Shown here: positions 7,202 through 15,785 of the stretch, in pieces | Layout: every line of letters starts with the position of its first letter | Position numbering within the stretch: the first letter of the stretch is position 1 | Source: Armatimonadota bacterium | GTDB lineage: Bacteria; Armatimonadota; Hebobacteria; CAIYQO01 | DNA length: 26,896 bases | Reading direction: 5' to 3' | NCBI GenBank assembly: GCA_038248345.1 | Contig: JBBRXO010000024.1 | Span: forward strand, 1 to 26,896 | The notes under the pieces: generated by a model | Databases searched by the model: none | What the model saw: only the letters and a program-made list of their open reading frames with translations | Told to the model about the DNA's origin: nothing | Made by a program: the position numbers and the translations under genes

Positions 7202-9295
7202 ATGGAGGAGGATCCTATGTTCGTTGTAAGCTGTATTACCCGCTGGGCGCGACTCAACAGTCGTCCCCTGTTGTTCGTGCTGCTGGCCTTACTGGCTATA
7301 AACGCTTTGCCCACCCGTGTCATTGCCGCAGATAAACCGCTGACCGCACTATTGCCGTTGGATACTCCAGGTTATATCTCCGTCGATACGCAATATCTGT
7401 GGAATGCTTCCGCCGAAGTCCGCAAAAGCGAAGTGGTGGCGGAAACGATCTCTGATATGGAATTAGCCACCGGGTTGTCATTTAATGATGATGTCTTCTC
7501 CTGGACAGGGCAAGTTGCGACTTCATTTGGTGAAGGACAAAGCGATGGTTATTATTCGATGTACAATATTTTAGATTCCTTTCTTACCGAATTCACCAGA
7601 GGAAAAATTTATATCCATATACGTGACCAGGCTGCCTATGAGAAGAAATTCCCCGCTGTACAGGCCGAGCTGGAAAAAATTACCAGGCAGGAATGGAAAT
7701 CAGTAGAGTACAAAGGGATCACCTTACGTCAGGCAGAGTTGAATGAGCCCAGCTATGATTACCGACAGAATAATCAGATAGCTGCTACCAAAAAGATCCA
7801 ATACGCCACCATTGACGGCTGGGTTGTCTTTACCCATGACGAAGCTGGTATGCAAGAGATTATCGATGTAAGCAAAGGTGAGAAACCATCGTTGGAAAAA
7901 CACCCGCTTTTCGCCAATACCATGAAAGACCTGCCGCAGGGGAATGTGGGCTCATTTTGCGTGAATGGCACCGGCATTCTGGAGCTTGTGAAAAAGAATA
8001 GTGAAGAAGGGGCGACAATATTTAGCGCCACTGATTATGATAAGACCTTGCTCATTGGCACCGTAAATAACGATAAAACCGGGGTAAATACCAATGTGGT
8101 GGCCTGCTCATCATCTCCTAAAATTCAGGAAGAGCTGAAGCAACTGCGTGCAGAAACCGGGGTCCTCAGCGGCAAATCGCTGGCCCATTCTCCGGCGGGC
8201 ACCTTCGCGGTGGCGATGATCAACGACCCGGAAAGTTATATCGCCTTCGTGGAGAAGCGTATATTGGAATCGCTCACTAACGCAGAAGCAAAAGACCGTG
8301 TCGGTGAATGGTTTAACGAGTACGCCGACCCCCGCTCGATATTGAAGCGCATCACCGGTGAATTTACCCTCAGCGCTGCTTACAACGATGAGAAAGGCTT
8401 TGGCTTTACGCTGGCAGGTGAGACGAAATCAGCCGTCAGCGCCACCAACGCAATGGCAGCATTCCAGGGGTTCGCCGAAGATGACAAAGAAAAGATCACC
8501 GTCGAAAACGGCGTCTTCAAACTGCTGAACTCGGAATACAAAGACGACAAAAATTATTTCAACATCCTCCTCAGTGGCACCACCCGCAAAGAATGGCTGC
8601 TGCTCAGCTCCCACCCGGACTGGATCACCCAGCACCCGGCGGCCCCGGCCATGGCGCTACCCGCTGATATGAAAGATGTCAGCATGGCCGTTTTCGGCAA
8701 TTTTGACTTCCTCCCTTCCTTATTGAAGCGATTGGCCATAACTGATCCCGGGCTAGCGAAAGGAATTCAAGATACCCTCGATACTATGACGATGAAGCCG
8801 GACAAATGGGCCATTTCCTTCAGCATTGATGCCGATGGTGGAGCGGAACGCGCCAAAATCTCCTTCCCGAATGACTGGATCACCAACGCCGCCACCTCGG
8901 CGATCACCGTCGCCACCCGTAATCAGGTCAGCGGGAAGAAGCAGAGCGAAATATATAGAATACAGAGCCTCGCTAATCAGCTCAAACAATACGCCCGTGA
9001 ACATGATGATTCCTTCCCGATTATGGAAAGCCCGGAGGATCTGAAAGCGCTGAAAATGCACGATTATTACGGTAATAATTATGCAAATGCGCAAGGTGTC
9101 CCTTACCTCCCCAACCCGTCGCTATCGCTGAAAGGTCTGGGAGATATCGTAGGCGACCCCACAAAGATAATTCTCCTCTACGATGAGACCACCTGGCCCA
9201 ACGGCGCCCACACCGTCGCCTATCTGGATGGCACCGGCACCATCATCACCGCCGATAAATGGGAAGTAGCCAAAGAGGCATCCGGGATACCGTAG
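7202..9295 (+). CDS. Exported protein: signal peptide, DUF3352-like body and C-terminal DUF1559/H-X9-DG-like domain (start may be 7217)
   Basis: Hydrophobic leader (LLFVLLALLAINAL...VIAA). DVFSWTGQV, Y-G-T and YA-IDGWVV patterns. The C-terminus has LANQLKQYA-EHDD-FP and ILLYDE...GAHTVAYLDG. Confidence 0.6.
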   Translation: MEEDPMFVVSCITRWARLNSRPLLFVLLALLAINALPTRVIAADKPLTALLPLDTPGYISVDTQYLWNASAEVRKSEVVAETISDMELATGLSFNDDVFSWTGQVATSFGEGQSDGYYSMYNILDSFLTEFTRGKIYIHIRDQAAYEKKFPAVQAELEKITRQEWKSVEYKGITLRQAELNEPSYDYRQNNQIAATKKIQYATIDGWVVFTHDEAGMQEIIDVSKGEKPSLEKHPLFANTMKDLPQGNVGSFCVNGTGILELVKKNSEEGATIFSATDYDKTLLIGTVNNDKTGVNTNVVACSSSPKIQEELKQLRAETGVLSGKSLAHSPAGTFAVAMINDPESYIAFVEKRILESLTNAEAKDRVGEWFNEYADPRSILKRITGEFTLSAAYNDEKGFGFTLAGETKSAVSATNAMAAFQGFAEDDKEKITVENGVFKLLNSEYKDDKNYFNILLSGTTRKEWLLLSSHPDWITQHPAAPAMALPADMKDVSMAVFGNFDFLPSLLKRLAITDPGLAKGIQDTLDTMTMKPDKWAISFSIDADGGAERAKISFPNDWITNAATSAITVATRNQVSGKKQSEIYRIQSLANQLKQYAREHDDSFPIMESPEDLKALKMHDYYGNNYANAQGVPYLPNPSLSLKGLGDIVGDPTKIILLYDETTWPNGAHTVAYLDGTGTIITADKWEVAKEASGIP

Positions 9296-9385
9296 GGTCA
9301 GTTGTTTATTATCGTAAAGGGCAAGAGCGCCATGTCTGCAGGAATCCTCTATCACCGTGCGGAAAATACAGCTATTGAACATTTC

Positions 9386-9517
9386 TGTCTGAACCAATAT
9401 TCGCAGAATTATAGGGATTTTCATGATAGCTGGGACGATTGCGCAAGAGAGAGTTTATTCATTGGGTAGGAAGTTATCAGGTAAATCCTTATAATCAGGA
9501 AAATCCGGGTTCTGACA
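9386..9517. repeat. Degenerate 42-bp inverted repeat (MITE-like)
   Basis: TGTCTGAACCAATATTCGCAGAATTATAGGGATTTTCATGAT (9386-9427) aligns with the reverse complement of 9476-9517, TGTCAGAACCCGGATTTTCCTGATTATAAGGATTTACCTGAT. Confidence 0.7.
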
Positions 9518-9534
9518 TTTGAGAGGCCAACAAC

Positions 9535-10221
9535 ATGCCAGGACAATTAACCGTCACCAATATCGCCAAGAGCTACCCCGGGGCGGTGAGCGTTACTACT
9601 GTGGTGCGTGATGTTTCGCTTACTACCCAGCCGGGCGATACCGTCGCTATCATCGGGCCTTCCGGGGCGGGGAAGAGCACGTTGCTGAATATCATTGGCT
9701 CGCTGGATGCGCCCACCTCCGGCACGGTGACGCTGGATGAGCTGGTGGTGAACACCTTGCAGGGGAAGGCGCTGGCGGCGTTCCGCGCCACCCGCGTGGG
9801 GTTCGTCTTCCAGGATCATCACCTGTTGCCACAACTCACCGCACGGGAGAATGTGCTGTTGCCCACGTTGGCGGCGCACACCAAAGCCGGGGGCGAGAAG
9901 ACGCAGCAGCTGCTGGAGAGCGTGGGCGTGGCGCACCGCGCCGACGCCTACCCGGCGCAACTGTCCGGCGGCGAGCGCCAGCGCGTGGCCATCGCGCGCG
10001 CCCTCATCAACGGAGCGAAACTGTTACTCTGCGATGAACCCACCGGCAACCTGGACCATGAAACGGCCGCCACCATCATCACCCTCTTCCTGGAACTGGC
10101 CAAGCGTGGCGTGACGATAATAATGGTAACGCACAACGCCGAACACGCCGCACGCTTCGGGCGGGTGTTGGAGCTGCGGGATGGGGAGTTGAAAGAAACG
10201 ACAACCACCGCGCAGCGGTGA
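9535..10221 (+). CDS. ABC transporter ATP-binding protein (LolD/MacB-like)
   Basis: Walker A GPSGAGKS, GFVFQ, signature LSGGERQR, Walker B LLCDEPTGNLD and VTH switch. Confidence 0.95.
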   Translation: MPGQLTVTNIAKSYPGAVSVTTVVRDVSLTTQPGDTVAIIGPSGAGKSTLLNIIGSLDAPTSGTVTLDELVVNTLQGKALAAFRATRVGFVFQDHHLLPQLTARENVLLPTLAAHTKAGGEKTQQLLESVGVAHRADAYPAQLSGGERQRVAIARALINGAKLLLCDEPTGNLDHETAATIITLFLELAKRGVTIIMVTHNAEHAARFGRVLELRDGELKETTTTAQR

Positions 10222-10397
10222 AGGATTTTAGCCTGGGGCGCAAGCCCCAGGAAACATCACCGCAGAATGATTCCTACCCTGAAAGGGTGGCGGAATCAGA
10301 ATCAGTCTTCCACCACCCTATCAGGGTGGAAATATTAAAGGGAACTATCTACCCGGCGCTTGCGCACCGGGCTAAAATCCGGCACCACTTCGTGGTG
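10206..10397. repeat. REPIN-like nested palindrome between the ABC ATPase and permease genes
   Basis: Outer arms GCGGTGAAGGATTTTAGCCTGGGGCGCAAGCCCCAGG and CCCGGCGCTTGCGCACCGGGCTAAAATCCGGCACCAC. Inner arms ACCCTGAAAGGGTGGCGGAA and TTCCACCACCCTATCAGGGT. Confidence 0.85.
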
Positions 10398-10430
10398 CAT
10401 TGAATGACACAACCTTCGACGGAGACAACC

Positions 10431-13400
10431 ATGACCTCTGCTAAATTAATACTGAAAAGTCTGCTTTACTACTGGCGCACCGGGGTTGTGGTGGCGCTGG
10501 GGGTGGCGGTGGCTACTGCCGTGCTGGTGGGGTCGCTGCTGGTGGGGGATTCCGTCAGCGGCAGCATCCGCGATACCTCGCTGCGACGGCTGGGCGAGGT
10601 GCGTTATGCCATCAGCACGCGGGGGCTTTTCCGCGCCAAGCTGGCAGAGGATACTGCGAAATTCCCGACTAGCTACAATATCAAGGCCACGCCCATCACC
10701 GTTATGCGCGGTACCGTATTTAACCCGCAAACGGAGGTGGCATTGCCGGCGGTGAACGTGATCGGCGTGGACGAGGCTTTCTGGGCGCTCTACCCCGGTA
10801 CAAAGAAGCCTGGCCTCGATAACTTCCAGGTGGTGCTCAACACCACCCTGGCGCATGACCTGCAGGTGAGCGTCGGGGACGCGCTGCAGTTGCGCGTGGA
10901 GATACCGGGTGCCATGCCCGGCGATACGCTTTTCACGCAGCGCAAAGCGGACAAAACTATGAAACGCCTGCGCACCAGTGTAGCAGAGATACTACCGCTG
11001 GGCGGCGTGGACGAGTTCTCGCTCTCCCCGCAGACCAGCACCCCGCGCAACGTCTTCGTCAACCGCACCTGGCTGATGGAGCAACTGAACAAGCCAGAGA
11101 TGGCCAACACCATCCTCATCAGTCAGCCGGAACAATATATCCCCGGCTTGCTACAAACACCGGGGATTGATGCTTATACCACTCTCACGGTGGAAGACCT
11201 GGGGCTGAAGATCGTCCCCAACGAGGCGCAGGGGTATGTGGCGGTGGAGAGCACGGAGATGCTGCTGAACAGCGCGCAGGCGCAGGCGGTGCAGGACGCC
11301 GCACAGGCCACGGGTGCGACGGCGCGGCAGACCTCCATGTTCATCGCCACCACCGTGCGAAGGCTGGATGGCGACGGGCGCAGCATCGCCTACGCCATGC
11401 TGGGGGCGGTAGAGCAGGCGCGCCCCTTCACCTTCATCTCTGGAACCGGTGGCGAGATGCCCGACGATGACGGAATATGGATAAATAGCTGGGCGGCCGC
11501 CGACCTGGGCATCACCGGTGGTGAAAAAGTGGAGCTTACCTACCTGACGCCCGCGTGGGACGGCATCTATCAACCCGCCACCATCACCCGCACCGTGCGC
11601 GGCGTGGTGGACCTCTCCGGAGCCGCTGCAGATCAGGCGTTGGCCCCCACCATTGCCGGAATCACCGACGCCAAACGCATCGACCAGTGGGCCGCGCCCT
11701 TCCCGGTGGATATGAAGCGCGTCACCCCGCGTGACGAGACGTACTGGGACGCCTACCGCGCCACCCCGCGCCTCTTTGTGAGTAATAACACCGCCAAAGC
11801 GCTGTGGCAGAGCGGGCCGGAGAAAGACCGCGCGAGCTGGATCACCGGCATCAGGCTGGTACCGGCGGACGGCGACCTGGCCAAGCTGGCGACGGCGTTG
11901 CCCAATGCTATCATCGCCAAGCTCAAGCCGGCGGACGCGGGGGTATCCCTTGCCGCCGTGCGCGAGCAGGCGGTCACCGCGTCAGCGGGCAGCACCGACT
12001 TCGGCCAACTCTTCCTGGCGATGGGCATGTTCCTGGTGGCCGCCGCCGCCGGGCTGGCCGCCATGATGATGCGGCTGATGGCCGACCGCCGCGCCGCGCA
12101 GGCGGGTATCATGCTCGCCACCGGCTTCAGTGCCGGGGCCACCGTGCGTACCATCTTCTGGGAGGGGGTCATCCTCACTGTCTTCGGCGTGGCTCTCGGC
12201 GCACCGCTGGGGGTATATTATGCAGGCGCGATCATCTACGCGCTCACCACCCGGTGGGTGGGGGCAATGGGGGGCATCGCCTCGCTGTGGCTGCACATCC
12301 AGCCGACCAGCATCGTCTACGGCGCACTCTTCGGACTGCTCGTCGGCACGCTCTCCGTCTGGTGGGGGGCGCGCGACCTGGGGCGTGCCCCGGCGCTGAA
12401 GCTACTCTCCGGCTGGCAGGCGCGTGCCATGGCTCCCACCGCTAAATCCGGCATATGGTCGCTGCTGCTCTGTTTGGGCATGTCAGCCCTCGCCATCTTC
12501 CTCATCATCGGCGCTCAGATGAAGTGGGTGCCCACCTCCACCGCCTTCTTCTCCAGCGGGGCGGCGCTGCTCATCGCCGGGTTGAGCGCGGTTAATCTGC
12601 TGCTCGTACGCGTATTGCGGTCCAGCGGCAAACCGCCCAGCTTCGCCCGGTTGGCGTTGCGCAGCGCGGCGGCCAACCGTGGGCGCAGTCTGCTGGCGGT
12701 TGGGCTGCTGGGCGGGGCGGCGTTCATCATCGTCACGGTGGCCGCCAACTCGCGCGATTACTCGCATATCGACTACACGCGCAAGGACACCGGCACGGGC
12801 GGCTTCGCACAGCGCGCACTCTCCTCGTTGCCCATCAACTACGACTTTAGCACCGAGAGCGGGCGCAAAAGCCTGAACTTCCTCCTCAAACCGCAGGAGG
12901 AGAAGATCTTCAGCGGCGCGGAGGTCATCCCCTTCAAGGTCAGCCCCGGCGACGACATCAGTTGCCTCAACCTGGCAAAGACCGTCACCCCGCGCGTCAT
13001 CTCGGTGGGCGATAGCATGATCAAGCGCGGCGGCTTCCGCATCAGCGCCAAAGAGAAAACCGCCAACCCGTGGGAGCTGCTGACCAAGCCGCTGCCCGAC
13101 GGCAGCATCCCTGTCTTCGGCGACGCCGCCACGGTGGAGTGGACGCTCTACAGCGGGTTGGACAAGGTCTACGAGATGCCGGTGAACGGGGTGACAGTGC
13201 GGCTACGCTTCGTCGGCATCATCCACGACAGCATCTTCCAGAGCGAGCTGCTGGTCTCCGACGCCAACTTCCGCACGCTCTACCCGGGCGTCAGCAGCCC
13301 GCGCTACTTCCTCATCGCCCCGCCGCCCGGGCAGGAGGATGAAATGGCGCGCGTGCTGCGCGCCAACCTGGGCGAGCAGGGGCTGGACGTGGAGAACACG

Positions 13401-13817
13401 CGCAGCATCCTGAACAAATTCATCGCCGTGCAGAACACCTACCTGAGCACCTTCCTGGCGCTGGGCGGGCTGGGCGTGCTGCTGGGCACACTGGGGCTGA
13501 TAATAGTGCTACTGCGCAACGCGCTAGAGCGCCGCCGCGAGTTCGCGCTGTTGCTGGCGATAGGCTTCCGCCCCGGCGAATTGGGGGTGCTGCTGCTGTG
13601 GGAGAACGCCGGCCTGCTGCTCCTCGGCCTGCTCATCGGCACCGCCGCCGCGCTGGTAGCCGTGGCCCCGCAGGTGACCAGCAGCGACATCCAGGTGAAA
13701 TGGGCCGACATGACCGCCCTACTAGCCGCCATCGCCACCACCGGCCTCCTCTGCAGCGCCCTGGCAGCAATGGTAGCGGTGCGCGGGCGGTTGATTGAGG
13801 CGTTGCGGGGGGAGTGA
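10431..13817 (+). CDS. Large ABC transporter permease (duplicated MacB-PCD/FtsX architecture); ORF track start 10404
   Basis: SD GGAGA before the ATG at 10431. Two repeats of TM, large extracytoplasmic domain and 3 TM, with RR..G..LA-GF and ERRREFALL-AIGF FtsX motifs. Confidence 0.9.
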   Translation: MTSAKLILKSLLYYWRTGVVVALGVAVATAVLVGSLLVGDSVSGSIRDTSLRRLGEVRYAISTRGLFRAKLAEDTAKFPTSYNIKATPITVMRGTVFNPQTEVALPAVNVIGVDEAFWALYPGTKKPGLDNFQVVLNTTLAHDLQVSVGDALQLRVEIPGAMPGDTLFTQRKADKTMKRLRTSVAEILPLGGVDEFSLSPQTSTPRNVFVNRTWLMEQLNKPEMANTILISQPEQYIPGLLQTPGIDAYTTLTVEDLGLKIVPNEAQGYVAVESTEMLLNSAQAQAVQDAAQATGATARQTSMFIATTVRRLDGDGRSIAYAMLGAVEQARPFTFISGTGGEMPDDDGIWINSWAAADLGITGGEKVELTYLTPAWDGIYQPATITRTVRGVVDLSGAAADQALAPTIAGITDAKRIDQWAAPFPVDMKRVTPRDETYWDAYRATPRLFVSNNTAKALWQSGPEKDRASWITGIRLVPADGDLAKLATALPNAIIAKLKPADAGVSLAAVREQAVTASAGSTDFGQLFLAMGMFLVAAAAGLAAMMMRLMADRRAAQAGIMLATGFSAGATVRTIFWEGVILTVFGVALGAPLGVYYAGAIIYALTTRWVGAMGGIASLWLHIQPTSIVYGALFGLLVGTLSVWWGARDLGRAPALKLLSGWQARAMAPTAKSGIWSLLLCLGMSALAIFLIIGAQMKWVPTSTAFFSSGAALLIAGLSAVNLLLVRVLRSSGKPPSFARLALRSAAANRGRSLLAVGLLGGAAFIIVTVAANSRDYSHIDYTRKDTGTGGFAQRALSSLPINYDFSTESGRKSLNFLLKPQEEKIFSGAEVIPFKVSPGDDISCLNLAKTVTPRVISVGDSMIKRGGFRISAKEKTANPWELLTKPLPDGSIPVFGDAATVEWTLYSGLDKVYEMPVNGVTVRLRFVGIIHDSIFQSELLVSDANFRTLYPGVSSPRYFLIAPPPGQEDEMARVLRANLGEQGLDVENTRSILNKFIAVQNTYLSTFLALGGLGVLLGTLGLIIVLLRNALERRREFALLLAIGFRPGELGVLLLWENAGLLLLGLLIGTAAALVAVAPQVTSSDIQVKWADMTALLAAIATTGLLCSALAAMVAVRGRLIEALRGE

Positions 13818-13933
13818 GAGGAGGTGAGTTTATTTTATGTCGAATATTTTACGTGGAATTGGACAAATAGTCATCTCTCAAACGTCTATATTGACGGCAC
13901 AATAATGTGCGGGATTAAAAAGGAGGAGAGCAA

Positions 13934-15057
13934 ATGGAAGATATCACACAGAGGCAACCGAAATGTTGGCAGATTGCTGCTGGCGAACCTGGTAGATTTT
14001 ATAGCAAAGTATTTTTTAACTACGATGTAATGTAGCTTGGACTAGGTAGGTATGGTATTTTTGATGTAAATAATTATCAAAATATCGCTAACGCTGGAGA
14101 AATAAGTTCCTCCCAGGTTGGTTATATACGAAGGTTAGCTACAGAAGTTTTGGAAGGTGATTATGTGATACTGCGCGAGGGTACACGTGCGAAAGCAATA
14201 GGTATAATCCCAGCCGAGGAGGGGTATTCATCTGAAGATGCGTTCGACTCCATATATGGTTGGGATCTAAATCATACTCGACGTGTCATATGGCAACCGG
14301 ACTTAGAACAATAACTGGATATAATCCAGCAAAATAAAAACCTGTTCGAAACAAGTAAGCAATCACACACATTTGCACTGATCTCAGATGTTAATCGGAT
14401 TAATAAGATTTCCCATTTGTTTAAAATGTGTAAAGGAAGGCCATTAAAGCAATTGCCAAATGTTCCACGTGTACTTGACTTCGAAGAATTGGGCAAAGAA
14501 CTGTTTGCTCATGGTTTATCAAATGGGGTAGTAGATAAGGTAATACTCGCTCTAAAGCATTTAGGGAACCTTGCTTCTTGGTATTACAAATCAGGTAAAG
14601 CGGTTGGACGTCCTACAGAGCATGAAGTAGTTGCTCATATGATCGTTCCGCTGTTGCTAGCATTAGGATGGTCTGAACAACTGCTAGCGATCGAGTGGAA
14701 ACGAACAGATTTGGCTACTTTCGATAGAACACCTACAAATGATAGTAGTTGTGTGATGATCTGTGAAGAAAAGGTGCGGAGGAGGCACTTCAGGATGTGA
14801 TAGATCAAGCTATCAATTATGTCAAAAATAATCATTTAAAAGCATGTGTAAAAATCTTAACAACTGACGGCAATCAACTATTTCTATACCAACGTGATGG
14901 GAATGATCAAAATGATCAATGGTATATTAATCCTATAGGCTATTTAAATGTAAGCAACATCTGTGCTAATTACCTCATTCCGGTGAATACTAATGTGGCT
15001 GATACAATTGCTTCATTAACACCGGCAGGGGTTATGAGAAGGATTGAAAGGCCGTGA
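13934..15057 (+). pseudogene. AT-rich pseudogene: N-terminal domain resembling Mrr/McrB-associated DNA-binding domains plus C-terminal PD-(D/E)XK (HsdR_N-like) nuclease
   Basis: SD AGGAGG and ATG at 13934, in frame with ORF 14417. In-frame stops at TAG 14033 and TAA 14312, and a frameshift near 14768. Reconstructed: WQIAAGE...GDYVILREG..AIGII...HTRRVIW...E-EVV...PLL-ALGW...TDLA-F...CExKG..L..V.DQA.NY...TDG. Confidence 0.7.
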
Positions 15058-15149
15058 TAATGTAATTTGGACAATATCCATCATAGGAAATCCCAATATG
15101 CCCAATTCCGCCATCCACCGTGTGCTAACCTAAAAATAAATAAATGATT

Positions 15150-15240
15150 ACACCCCGAAGGGGAGGTGCGAATATAGCCCGGCAGGAACTGCCGAGTGGG
15201 CGCGAGAGAATATCGCAGTCCCGGCAGGGAGGAATGGAAT
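15150..15240. repeat. Half or decayed REP-like hairpin cluster
   Basis: CCCCGAAGGGG, TAGCCCGGCAGGAACTGCCG and TCCCGGCAGGGA hairpins, arranged like the left half of the 10206 element. Confidence 0.45.
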
Positions 15241-15251
15241 AACTCTTTGTC

Positions 15252-15447
15252 AGGAGTATCGTTTTTAGCGCCTGTCCTGTTCGCCCAGCCGTGAACGACT
15301 GGGCTGGTGGGCTACGCCGAACGTCCTTCGGACGGGAACGCTTGCCCTTAACCGTCCCGCTCGAAGAGCGATTGGCCGTAGGCCCTCCAGCCTGGTCGTT
15401 CACGGCCAGGCTTAGGAGGACGGCTTCTTACTAAAAGCGATACTCCT
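15252..15447. mobile_element. MITE/REPIN-like element with 17-bp terminal inverted repeats and a long internal palindrome
   Basis: AGGAGTATCGTTTTTAG (15252-15268) and CTAAAAGCGATACTCCT (15431-15447) match 16/17. Internal arms GCCGTGAACGACTGGGCTGG..GCTACG and CGTAGGCCC.CCAGCCTGGTCGTTCACGGC. Confidence 0.7.
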
Positions 15448-15540
15448 AGTGCTGGTAATTACACAAAACACCGCATCTTATCCCATCTGTTATAATGAGA
15501 ACACAGCCGTATCTGTACACTGTGCAAAAGGGGAATTGAC

Positions 15541-15698
15541 GTGAAAATTACGGTGATCATCCATGAAGCTGAAGAAGGTGGGTATTGGGCGGATGCGCCA
15601 CCCAGGGGGATACATTCGAGGAATTGCTGAATAATCTTTATAAAGCTATTGAGGGGTGCCTCGCTGTCAATATTGATAGCATACCCATATACGCGTAG
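15541..15698 (+). pseudogene. hicB: HicB-family antitoxin remnant with an internal deletion/frameshift
   Basis: VKITVIIHEAEEGGYWA, then a shifted frame GCATQGDTFEELLNNLYKAIEGCL. The usual xVP-xP segment is missing. An SD (AAGGGG) and an extended -10 (TGTTATAAT at 15488) lie upstream. Confidence 0.8.
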
Positions 15699-15785
15699 AT
15701 ATCACTGGGAGCGCAGACATCCCAATCCACAAACCAGAGAACAAACTCCCCCGCCGGGTGTCTAACGCTTATAGAGGCGAAAAAG

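Noticed and set aside
10218..10403. 61-aa ORF between the ABC genes
   Set aside because: It consists entirely of the palindromic repeat element.
14033..14314. Stop-codon recoding (TAG/TAA readthrough) in the nuclease gene
   Set aside because: Two different stops plus a frameshift occur, and host genes use TAG and TAA as normal stops; decay is the simpler explanation.
15125..15403. 92-aa minus-strand ORF
   Set aside because: It lies within MITE/REP-like palindromes and has no protein-like features.
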